64,000 nt of DNA from Antechinus flavipes (Eukaryota): contig NC_067399.1 in assembly GCF_016432865.1 (NCBI RefSeq), forward strand, positions 514,104,001 to 514,168,000, written 5' to 3'. The notes beneath the pieces were generated by a model that searched no databases, was not told the DNA's origin, and saw only the letters and a list, made by a program, of their open reading frames with translations. How positions within the stretch are numbered: the first letter of the stretch is position 1; each line of letters starts with the position of its first letter. The position numbers and the translations under genes are program-made. Below are positions 52,001 to 61,649 of this stretch, piece by piece.

Positions 52001-52191
52001 CGTCTCTACCGGGTCCGCTCCCCTCCGACGCCCCTGCGACGCAGTCTCCTTACCCCTTTGAGCCGCTTGACCAGAGCACTCTTCTGTCCACTCTTGGCCA
52101 GGCCTCGCTGTTCTAATGCGGCCTTCAGGTCGGTCACCCGCAGCGCCTGAAGCGGCTTCCCGTCCAGAGTCACCTCCTCCAGCTCCGCCAT
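16021..52191 (-). CDS. ACIN1: Apoptotic chromatin condensation inducer 1 (Acinus-L), 1248 aa if exon 4 is skipped
   Basis: Exons: 52191-52054, 50456-50391, 48344-48233, [47638-47519, contains TAG], 38660-38572, 35184-33892, 33361-33134, 31700-31585, 23417-23276, 19582-19540, 18782-18649, 18556-18404, 18092-17951, 17859-17714, 17563-17456, 17334-17227, 16996-16672, 16569-16469, 16323-16021 (TAG). Without exon 4: 3747 nt, open. SAP domain ([18 protein letters not shown]), RRM ([13 protein letters not shown]...), caspase-3 site DELD across exons 16/17, RSB motif [24 protein letters not shown] tail. Confidence 0.97.
25200..25780 (-). promoter_or_regulatory. Internal ACIN1 promoter region for short isoforms
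   Basis: Locally GC/CpG-rich island within the AT-rich intron 8; contains the S' exon and further strong donors TGA|GTGAGT (about 25635) and AAA|GTAAGC (about 25746). Confidence 0.65.
25282..25405 (-). other. ACIN1: Alternative first exon of short Acinus (S' type), ATG 25405 to donor 25282
   Basis: Translates [33 protein letters not shown], matching the human Acinus-S' N-terminus as I recall it; donor GCC|GTGAGG. Confidence 0.85.
27618..27809. mobile_element. 192-bp hAT MITE of the same family, opposite orientation to the 48030 copy
   Basis: TIRs CAGGCGTCCTCAAACT / AGTCTGAGGACCCCTG; interior is the reverse complement of the 48030 copy; TSD imperfect (ATATAGTT / ATATAGTA). Confidence 0.85.
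28646..28879 (+). mobile_element. 5'-truncated LINE-1 3' end, same family as 8226
   Basis: Aligns by eye with 8330-8560; poly-A tail; TSD AAC/TTTGCTTAAATGA with one mismatch (28631-28645, 28880-28894). Confidence 0.8.
32600..32899 (+). mobile_element. LINE-1 3' end (more diverged relative) inserted into a MIR-type SINE
   Basis: Shared motifs GTTATTTTTACC...GTGCAACAAGAAAACTG...GTCAATAAAAAGCT plus poly-A; SINE halves on both sides; 5' edge approximate. Confidence 0.7.
35850..36970 (+). mobile_element. Old LINE-1 fragment (ORF2 C-terminus and 3' UTR), spans an N gap
   Basis: L1-like segments such as ATAAATGGTCAAAGGGTATGAACAG and CTGAGGTACCACCTCATAC; boundaries approximate. Confidence 0.65.
36990..38050 (+). 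mobile_element. LINE-2 fragments
   Basis: L2-like pyrimidine-rich segments and a 3'-end motif near 38000-38050; boundaries approximate. Confidence 0.5.
43245..43620 (-). mobile_element. LINE-1 3' end, antisense
   Basis: Poly-T at the left edge followed by reverse-complement marsupial L1 3' UTR-like sequence. Confidence 0.65.
44610..45740 (+). mobile_element. Old LINE-1 ORF2/3' UTR fragments
   Basis: L1-like segments CTGGCAGAAATTAGGTTTAGACC and CTATCAGATTGGCAAAGATG; boundaries approximate. Confidence 0.65.
47519..47638 (-). pseudogene. ACIN1: ACIN1 exon 4 homologue with in-frame stop (decayed or poison cassette exon, 120 nt)
   Basis: Reads [14 protein letters not shown] (human EASAESEDEMIHPEG); TAG at 47627-47625; acceptor TTTGTAG intact; donor CTA|GTATCT weak. 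Confidence 0.8.
48030..48220. mobile_element. 191-bp hAT MITE, OposCharlie1 (OC1)-like
   Basis: TIRs CAGGGATCCTCAAACT / AGTTTGAGGACCCCTG; perfect 8-bp TSD ATCTAAGG at 48022-48029 and 48221-48228. Confidence 0.88.
48640..48910 (-). mobile_element. Possible ERV solo-LTR fragment
   Basis: Begins TGTTGAGA; non-intron-like composition; antisense AATAAA (CTTTATTG). Family not identified. Confidence 0.35.
49560..49880 (-). mobile_element. LINE-2 fragment
   Basis: CTACTATGTGCTAAGCACT...GGGGATACAAA is the reverse complement of an L2 3' end. Confidence 0.55.
50704..50763. repeat. (CAAAAA)n hexanucleotide microsatellite
   Basis: Direct reading of the sequence. Confidence 0.85.
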
Positions 52192-52800
52192 CTTGTGTGA
52201 GGTACTCGGCTCCCGTCTCGACGGCTTCGGGCATCTTCGGTAATTTCCGCCAACGCCCTTCGAACGTGCCGATCCGACCCCGCCCACTGCCACGGCCAAC
52301 CCTTTCCCCTCCCTGTACGATCCGAACGTTCAGCCTTTTCGAGAGCATTCGGGTATTTCCGTCCCTATTTTAGCACCAATCAGCGGCTTCCATTCTTTCC
52401 ATAGGCTACGCCCCTCGCGACTCCTCTCAGATTTCGGACATCTCCGCCCTACCGAATTTAGGACTAGTTTTCATTTGTAAACAGTGGCAGCACAGGATTC
52501 GGAGACCCTCGGCTTTCTTCGGCTCCTCTGCTTTGGAGATACTGTCCGACTTCCTGGTGCCGAAGCGCTTGGGAAGGGGGTTCGGGTCCTTGTATGAGGT
52601 CCGGAAGTGCGTGGGTTGCCCAGTGGGGTTTGCTGGGAACTTGGAGATAGCTGAGGTAGCCGGAGCTCACGGACTTCTGTGACTTCCTTCTGAGGTCCCT
52701 CGGGGTGAGAATCGAGAGGTAAGCTAGGAGGTCAACTCTCCTTCGGACCAGCTTACCTTTTATTTGGGCTTTGGGGTCTATGTGCCCCACCCCACCCCAG
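51700..52800. promoter_or_regulatory. Bidirectional CpG-island promoter of ACIN1 (minus) and C14orf119 (plus)
   Basis: CpG-dense; YY1 motif CCGCCATCTT 52185-52194 overlapping the ACIN1 ATG; CCAAT 52376-52380; ETS motif CCGGAAGT 52601-52608; candidate C14orf119 exon 1 donor GAG|GTAAGC at 52718/52719. Confidence 0.85.
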
Positions 52801-54360
52801 AGCGGCCAAGATCGCCCCCTGGTTCTTGGTCTGGGGAGGAGCCTACTGGGGAATGGCTCGGGAGCATTGTTGGAATTTATACCCCGGATACCCAAACTTG
52901 AGCTAGACTTAAGGGATCCCAAATTTCTCACTTTCCCCTCACCCCCACGTCCTCAACATCCAGTCTAAGGGGAAGATTGACTTCAATGTGCCCACAGATT
53001 ATAGTATTATTACTTGTATGCTAAAATGAGGTAGGACACAGAGCCCCCAACTTGTGTCCTATACATTGAAATTAGTATTTGGGACTACTCAATTCGGTTG
53101 TTCCAGACGAGGGTTTTTTTGAATTCCCAAGGTAGCGATCCTGTAGTTCGGTGCCTACCTTAGAAAGACACCTATGGTAACATTGTAGCGCATAATTCCT
53201 TTCTTTTGAGAGTAAATTTGCATCCTGCCCTGCTCCTCTGTTCCCAAGTATTCCGGCTATTTGGGCCCATGAAAAAAGGACTAGCAACTTAGGCAGAGAA
53301 GTGATTTTGCAGCTGTTGCTGATAATTTAGTCAGTGCTTGCTTTCATTCGTTGACCATGGTTGCTGCATATTTTTCATTTTTGTCAGAAGAAACAGTGTC
53401 TAGTAGTCACTCCATGATTGTTGAATTGCGTAGAAAAAACTATCTTACCTGAAAGGATTTTTAGGCTAGCAGTTTCATATTTTTATTTTTAAGGGATTTA
53501 AATAACTTAGTTGAAATAGGACATAATTTCATAAGACCAGAAAAAAATCAACTCAAGTATTTGTCAGTAATGTTAGTAAATGAGATGGGAATTCTATACA
53601 GTGAGTAAAAATATAAACATCAATTCCATCTGTTCAAATGTTTGACTTACCAACAACCTATACTGTTTCTCCAGAGCTTTTGGCAAAGAACACAAGACTT
53701 AGATTTCTTACTAGTCTTTTGCATGACTTTGGGTGAATCCATTATATCTGTAAATTTTTTCAGTTGCAAAATGAAACAATTACTTCACAGTGAATTAAAT
53801 AGATAGTGGGTCCTGCATGAAGCACTTAAAGCCATCCAATTGCTGTTTACAATTCAAAGACAACTTCATCTGGAAACTTAGTGATGACTTTCTACATTAT
53901 TTATTCTATTCAGTGACCAAAACATTCAAAGTCTTGTGCAGCTATATTCTATAAAATCCTGCTGTTAAATGTTTATTCATTTTAGAGGAAATAAGATCAA
54001 GAAGCTTCTTGCTTTTGCCCTTTTGGGGGGGAGGGGACTTAAGTAGGAAGGGGTAGAATGAGAGATGTTGGTTGTTATATTCCAAAGGGAAGCTATGAGT
54101 TTGAAGAAGTGAGGGGTAACGTTGGCCGATTTGATGCAAACTTGTTTTAAACAGACCTTTTTTCAATGTACTGTTATTTGGGGAAAACAAAGCAGAAAGA
54201 AATGCTATTTATTTTCCCAAATATTTAAATATGGGGGGAGGGTACATTTCTTTATGTACTGGAAGAGCTAAGTTTTGTACCAAGAGCCTTCATGAGCCTT
54301 TAGAATTTAGGGGTATTTTTATTTTATTCGTTGTAAAGCTGTCTTTGTTTTACTCTCAGG

Positions 54361-54780
54361 ATGTCATTGAAATCACCTGCTGCTTGGATAACACCATCCT
54401 CCTCCTCTACTTTATCCACTACTCCAGACAATTATTCCTTCTTCTCCATGTCTTACTTCACTTCACAGGAGATGAAGTGTGTTCTGCATTGGTTTGCCAA
54501 CTGGTCAGATCCCCAGCGTGAACGTTTCCTGCAGGACTTGGTAGCTAAGGCAGTGCCAGGCAAATTACAGCCCCTCTTAGAGGGATTGGAACAGCTTAGT
54601 GTGTCTGGAGCAGACCGACCACCACACATTTTTGATTGCCAGCTTCGACTCTGGGATCAGTGGTTCCGAAGTTGGGCTGAAGAAGAACGCAATGAGTTTG
54701 TCAGACAACTGGAGGCCAGTGAGCCAGACTTTGTAGCAAAGTTCTATCAAGCAGTGGCTGCTACAGCTGGTAAGGACTAA
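54361..54780 (+). CDS. C14orf119: C14orf119 orthologue, 139 aa, single coding exon
   Basis: Contains SQEMKCVLHWFANWSDPQRERFLQDLVAKAVP...FYQAVAATAGKD, matching human C14orf119; acceptor TTTTACTCTCAG|G one base before the ATG; position head-to-head with ACIN1 as in human. Confidence 0.96.
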   Translation: MSLKSPAAWITPSSSSTLSTTPDNYSFFSMSYFTSQEMKCVLHWFANWSDPQRERFLQDLVAKAVPGKLQPLLEGLEQLSVSGADRPPHIFDCQLRLWDQWFRSWAEEERNEFVRQLEASEPDFVAKFYQAVAATAGKD

Positions 54781-56208
54781 GAGAAGTCAATATTGTGAAA
54801 AACAGTATGTGACTCTTAAGGAGTTGAGTTGAGAGCTTTGATGTGGGAATGCCTAGATGTGAAGGAAATGTCTGGGATGCACCCATGTCTGTTTTCAGAA
54901 TTATTGTTGTTGGACGCCTAGCCTGTGGATCACAACAGGTTTAAAAAAAAAGCCAAACCTCATTATTAGCTATTCCGTTTCCTTCACATTGTCCTAAAAT
55001 TCCTAAAACTCTGTCATCCTGACTTTCTTTGAAAGCTTTGAAAAGAAGCCTGACATCAGAAAAAGGTCTCCCTAAAATTGGTCCACCAGAGGGGGTAAAG
55101 AATGGAGGAGTAAATGGAACTCCTGAGAAGGGAGCAAGCAATGGACAATAAGTTACCAGGTGGGCTTCAAAAAGCTTAGCTAAATCTAGACCAATGATCT
55201 ACTGTACCCTATCTGGTTTGGTTTATAAGCGAAATGTTGGGGTATCAATGGGTCAATCAAATGGAGGGATAGAACAGATGATTACATGCCAAACTTAAGG
55301 AGCTTTGGTTCTTGTCAAATGTCTATGATATTTTTGGAGTCAGTAACAAAAGTTCTTATCTCAAAACTTTGCTCTATGAAGATTAAGAAAACAAAAGTTA
55401 TGTCCTATGGGATGGAAGGCTTATTTTTATAATTCAAGAAATATGAGGTTCTGGGAATACAAAGACCAAAAATGGCCTTTGCCCATAATGAGCATACAGA
55501 TACTTGTACAAGAATAAAAGGATGATCTTGTTTAGTTTAAATGACTTCTTTTTTTCCCTCTAGGACTGCCTTGGGCAAGTAGAAATTTGGAATTATAAAT
55601 ATAATCCATCTTCATCCTCTTAGTAGTTCCTCCTACTTTTATGAAGTCTTCATTCCTGATTTAGGGTTTTACCCATTTTTTCCCTTCTATCTGAATGAAA
55701 ATATGAATTGTGATCCATTGTTAGCTTTTTTCCTCCCTACCAGTCTGTGGCCAAGGAAAGGCATTCTTGTTGCTCTAGGTTGATCCAGAACCCTGGTAGA
55801 GTGCTCAAAGATAAGTTCAAACTCATATCTGGAAAGATATTAAGTGCCTATTGTGTTTCAGGAATGCTTCTAAGCATTTGGGAATGTAAAAATTAAATTA
55901 TAAGTCCAAAAGTCCAAGCCCTCGAGAAACTTAGATTCTTTGGGAGTGGAAAGGATGTAACATACAAAGTCAGTAGCGGCCAAACACTAATAGGGACAGA
56001 AAAAGCTGCTTCTAAGAGATGGCATTGAATTGAACCTTCAAGGGACCTAGGGTCATTAGACAAACGAGAAGAACATTGTAGGCATAGATTACAACTTGTG
56101 AAAAAAATAGAGAAATATAGGATATATCACATGGGGCTGAAAAAGTGAAATTGGAGACAAATTGTAAATGTTAGACATACTCTGTCCTAGACCCAATATA
56201 ATGTCACA

Positions 56209-59200
56209 TTATGCTTCTCCCATTCCCTCAGAGAGGCTTCTTATTGATCCTGGGAATTCTGATGAAGGATAAGAAGCTGACGGTGCGACTCGAAGGGAAG
56301 CTTGGTATTTCCTGTAGGCCATAGTTCCCCCTGTACCTACCAGAATAAGTAGAATGAGACTGAGGCCTATGGGCAGAATTATACCTGGATTTGGGGAAAT
56401 GAGACCTGTTGAGGTCAGCCACCTAGATATAAAGAAGGAATACTTAATGATTATTTTTTTTTTTTAAGGAATTTTCATTGTATCCCCTGAAATTCTAGGG
56501 ATACCTCTTTACCCCCAACCTAAGTTATCATCTTCACATAGAAGAGTTTCTAAAGTAAGGGAAGAGAAAACTAGATTATAGAAGACTTTAAGTGTCCTTT
56601 CCAAGTCTTATGTAGCAGCAACTAAATTCATATCATTTCAGGAAACTTCAGTAGCAGGAAAGAGGCCTACCCTAACCTATGTTGGTGGATTTTGAGGTGA
56701 GACAGGACCACTGATCCCAAAAGCAGAATTTAATAGAAAAGGATCCTGGATGATAACGTTGGAAAAAATGGGACTTTGATTCCTTCATCTTGGAAATAGA
56801 GAAGTTCTGTAATTTCACCTGATTAGCAAAAGGTAATCACTGTTGATCAGGGGCCATGTCTTTGGATAAGATTTTATATTTTTATAACATAAGGCTATGT
56901 GGGTGTTAAATGCTACTCCTGTCATTAGGGCTTAGAAGTGCCAAAGCGTATATGTTGGAATGGCTCCTTACCTATTATAGTCTGTGGTAAAAGTGGCTTC
57001 ACCATAGTCCACATTTAATGGTGTGTCATTGAGAGATCGGCTCAGAGCTTTATATAGGATCTCAATTGGGGAACCTTGACATCCAGGAAACTCCCACATG
57101 TGCACAGTAAACACCAGGTTAGAGTTTATTGAGGGACTGTGGAAATGGCACCTGAATTGACATTACAAGAAAGATAGAATAGATGAAAGAGTTTCATTTT
57201 TTCCTCATATTTAAAATGTGTAAATCTCTTGAAGAATAAATTTTAGATTTAGGCATTTAGAAAACTGGGTGTTGAAAAACAAATATAGCCTCTTTGGAGA
57301 AGGGATATAGTAGTTAGAACCTGGGACCCTTTCAATCCTTACTTAGACATAATATGAGTTAAATATTTACATGTGGATGCCTGCTCTGATCACCAGGGCC
57401 TGCAGTATAGCTTGGATCAGTTCCTGATGCTGCATCTTACTCAGGTAATAGTTTGTGGGCCCAGTAAGTCCTAGGGGCAACCGGATCAGCAATCCTGGGG
57501 ATGAAGGTCTTGTAGTTGAGAGACTAAGAGACATGAAATCCTTATCTGCCTGGCAGAACTGGACCCGGGGACAGAAGAGGAGGCCATAATACCCAGGGAC
57601 CTGGAAGGAGAAATAAAGATACAGCTAACGGATTCAACTACATATTTCTCATATTCTCAACTATTCCAGATAAAGGGGTCTAATTTAGAAAAGAACCATT
57701 TTTGTGATCCCTTTATAAATAATGAATGTCTTTAAGAGATTATTCCCAATTCTTTTTTTACTATACCCACCTGGGTATAGTATATTCACCTGAATAGACT
57801 TTCCTGGGAGACATAGGACCCATGGTGATCCTGCTGCCTGCACATAGTATGTACTTCCTTTGGTGCATCGATGTAAGTAGCATCGAGGGAGGAATGTGGT
57901 TCCATTTCTGAATACCCGGACTGAAGTGAGGTTAGCCATGAAGCATCGGCTTTTGGGATGGTAGATCTCCCCATGTGGATTTTCTGCTGTAAGGAGGAGT
58001 GCATTTTCCTTCTTCCAGCATTCACTCTGAAGAGGGCCAAGAGAGGGGAAAGTTTGTGCTTCAGTCCTGTATGTGCCTCAGTCCTGACATGCTCAAATAA
58101 AACTGACCTTACCTTATGCTTCCCAGGCTACTTACTTGATGTGTTAATGGTTTGTACATTCGGCAGCCATCCAGCAGAGAATCCGATGAGCACTGTCCTT
58201 TGTCAAAATGCAGGTAGTGACAGCCCAGTCCACTGTGGAAAAGGACAAGGAGTGAGACTTAAGGTCAAAGGCAAACCTCTTGTCCACCATTGTCTGAATG
58301 CAGTGCACATACCTGCCGACACAGAAGAATTCTGAGGAGCCAGATTTACAGGATGTCACCAAACCAAAGTTCAAACCAGATCCTGTTTAGAGGATTGAAA
58401 AGGAAGTTGGAAAAAGGCCATAACATTCCCATCTTCTCCTATTACTATTATTAAATTTGGGATTAAAATATTTGTGCTATGTATTTCAGGGTTGTGAGTC
58501 AAGCACAAATTGTACCTGAAAAGTGTTCCCTTTCCTCTAGGATCTTGACTCATACTTAATGACATCCCTCTTCTTGATTACCTGTAGAATATATGATCTC
58601 TTATTCCTTACCCTGACCCCAGAGCAGTTCCTGTGCAGCACTGAGATTTACTTGATACCAGCCAGAGTCAGCAAAGGCAGCAAGAGTGATAAGGTCAATC
58701 TGAGTACGGTGAGCACCATCAAAGGTAGCAGTCATCACAGATCCCTGGAATAAACGAGCTTCCCAGTGAGAGGAAAATAGCCCCTGCAAATGAGAAAGTA
58801 TCAGAGAATGTTCAGATTATCACTTGTAGCTTGGTCTTCCTTCTACACCTCTTTTACTCTAGCCTCTGCTCTCACCTCTTCTTCTAAGGGGACTCCCTGT
58901 ATGGCTTCTGAAACTCCCAAGTGCCTGGCTAGGCTGTGGCTTACAGTGGGGGTGATGAGAATCAGCTGCCCCCATTCATCTCTTCTGGTCACTTGTCGTC
59001 TTGGGGAACATTTATCTCCAACTGGTGAGCAGGGTAGGAGTGAAGAAAAAGAAAGGGTAGAAAAGGTGGATTTTTGGGAAGAAGAGGCACATGAAAGAAA
59101 TAAGAGTTTGAGAGAGCTATATATGCTTGCCACTGGTTGAGATTGCAGGAGTCCTCTAGCCTTTTCCCCTTACTCACTGCTCGAACCTGCTGTACAGTCC

Positions 59201-61649
59201 CTCCATTTCTTGAAGAGTTGTCCAGAGAAGCCCAGAACATGGAACAGTTCATGTATTGTAACCTGAAGAAGGAAAGAACAAGAAGAAAGGGGTAGTGCGA
59301 CTGGACTGAAAGACCCAAGTCCTCTTTTTCTACTTCCCAGTTGCCAAGTCTTAGTCTATCCCACAAAGGTAAAAGTCTTACTTCCCCCTCAGATAAGTGA
59401 TCCTGGTTCTGCCCTTCCTGCCCCCCATTTAGTCACCATGACAATGTCACTGTGGCTATGGTGAAGGCTGCTAAGGTGGTGTGTGCAGAAGGTGATGGCT
59501 CCTGCAAGGGGCCGATCTTGGCTGTCCAGCTGGCAGCAAGCAGCATAGGCAATAATGGAAGGCTGGAAATAAAAGAACATGGAGGCAGTGATGGGAAGCA
59601 CAGCAATGTTACACACAATGAGGGAGCTGGGTGATTAGGAGATTCAGATAGGGAGCTATAGAATAGGGAGAAAGACAATTCGATTTACCCCTCACCTCAT
59701 GGTGGCATTTCAGAGTATGAGCAACTTGTACATACAAGAGGAAGTCAGTATTTGAGATTCCGGGTCCATCTGGTTGGATCAATTCTGGGGGACCTTGTTC
59801 TGGCCATAAGGAATATCCACGGAGATGGGAATCAGGAATCTGGAGAGAATGGAATATAGGAACAGGCCTAAATTGGGAAACAGGTAAGTAGGAGAGAGAT
59901 CAGTAATTTGGGGGCCAGGAAGTTAAAATCAGAGAAGAGAAGGAACTGGATTTGGGAGTACAAAATAAGTTTTTTTTTTTTTTGCTCTGCTATTTCAAAT
60001 ATTAAGCACTTGCTATGCCATAGATCTCTGCTTACAAAAAGGGGCAAAAGAAAATATTTGCCCTCAAGGAGTTTACAATCCAATGGAAACAAACCTGTAC
60101 AAAGCAAACTATAACATAAATAGGAAATAGAGGAAAGGTGCTGGAATTAATGGAATTGAGAAAGGCTTTTTGTAGAAGGTTTAGTTAGGGTTGGGGAGAT
60201 GGGGTGTTAGTAGTCAGGACAGAGAAAAGAGAGGTCCCAGACATAGAGGAAAGCCAGAGAAAATGCCCCGGGAGCTGGGGAGATGGAGTGGCTTGGCCAG
60301 GAGGCCAGTGTTACTGGACCAAAATATGTATCAGGGAGTAAAGTGTAAAAAGACTGGAAAAGTAGTGGGAGCCTCAGGTTATAAAAGGGCTTTGAATGCC
60401 AAACATATTTTATCCTTCAAGCAATAGGAAACCATTGGAGTTTATTAAGTAGTAGACATGATTGGACCTGTGTTTTAGGAAAATCACTTTAAAAACTGAA
60501 TGGAAGATGGATTGGAATCAGGAGAGATTTGAGGCAAGCAGAACCACCAGCAGGCTATTACAACAATCCAGGCATGTAGTAATGAGGGCCTGTACCAGGG
60601 CGGTATTAGTGTAAGAAGAGAGAAAGCATATTTGAGAGATGTTGCCAAGGTGAAATCGACAGGCCTTAGCAACAGATTGGATGTGGAGAGTGAAGAGTCC
60701 AGAATGATTAATAGATTGCCAGCCTGAGGGACTGAGAGGGTTCCTCTGAACAGTAACAGGGAAGTTGGGGAAGGGATTAGGGAGGGAATAATACTCATGT
60801 TACTACTAGGCCTTAGTTTCTTCATCTGCAAAATGAAAGTTAGACTTCAATGATCTCAAAAAGTTGCACTAGCTCTAAATCTATACGTTGATCAGAGATT
60901 CAATGGTTGATAAAAAGTCACTTACCTTTACCCCCATGCAGTTCTCTCCCACATAGCTGGGGTTCAGAAGGCTGCATCTGTCAAGAGAATCTTTCTGGAA
61001 TGAGCTAGAGAAATATGGGGTTTTAGGAAAATAATTTTTCCTATCTTCTTGATAGCTTGCACTCACCTGTAGTGATTTGGGGAGTCTGGGTCCCTCCAGA
61101 TAGCTTGACAGTACCGCTCTGGGTCACGACTCAGAAGAAGGGATCCTTGCACGGGTGGGACTGGGGAGATAGAAGTCAATTAGCCTTTTCTGTAACAGGT
61201 TAGGATCCCTAGTCTTTCTGAGTCTCTCTTCCTCAGAGATTCATTGCAATTCAATTGCAATTCTTTTCTATCCCCTTACCTGCAAGTACCCCCTGGATCC
61301 GATGAATGGCTTCTCTCAGAACTGCATCTATCTGAAATTCCCAGTTCTTCCAGTCTCTCTCAGGGTACAAAATCTCACTTTTTAAATTTGATTCCTTAGA
61401 GTACCAGGCCTGGATACGAATAGGCCTTGGAGCATTGGAATGGTCAAGAGAACCAGAACCAGAGCGTGGCTCAAGGGACAATGGGGAAACAGGTGGTCCA
61501 ATAAGACTCACAGATCTCTGTGTTTCCTCATGTAGACAGCGGCCCTTAGTTCCCTTCAGAAACAGTAGCAAATGCAGGAGTAGCAGAGAATTTCTCTGTC
61601 GGGAGTATAGTCTTCCCCAGAAAAGCTCCTCACAACCTGCTGTAGGCAT
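56209..61649 (-). CDS. CIROP: Ciliated left-right organizer metallopeptidase (leishmanolysin-like peptidase 2, M8 family), 14 coding exons, 738 aa from ATG 61649
   Basis: Exons (all GT-AG, phases compatible): 61649-61280, 61160-61067, 60977-60926, 59839-59696, 59562-59437, 59262-59178, 59021-58876, 58783-58612, 58382-58313, 58232-58136, 58026-57790, 57600-57371, 57151-56972, 56422-56209 (TAA). Total 2217 nt with no internal stop. HELFH zinc motif 59253-59239, SSHWE third ligand, SVMTA Met-turn, C-terminal TM IILPIGLSLILLILVGTGGTMAY. Syntenic next to C14orf119. Confidence 0.93.
59990..60740 (-). mobile_element. LINE-2 fragment in CIROP intron 3
   Basis: Purine-rich antisense L2-like sequence starting ATTAAGCACTTGCTATGCC. 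Confidence 0.6.

Noticed and set aside
56760-56830. Acceptor-like site TTTTGCTAATCAG in CIROP intron 13 as an extra exon
   Set aside because: Immediate stop in the required phase and no similarity; exon 13 joins exon 14 in frame without it.
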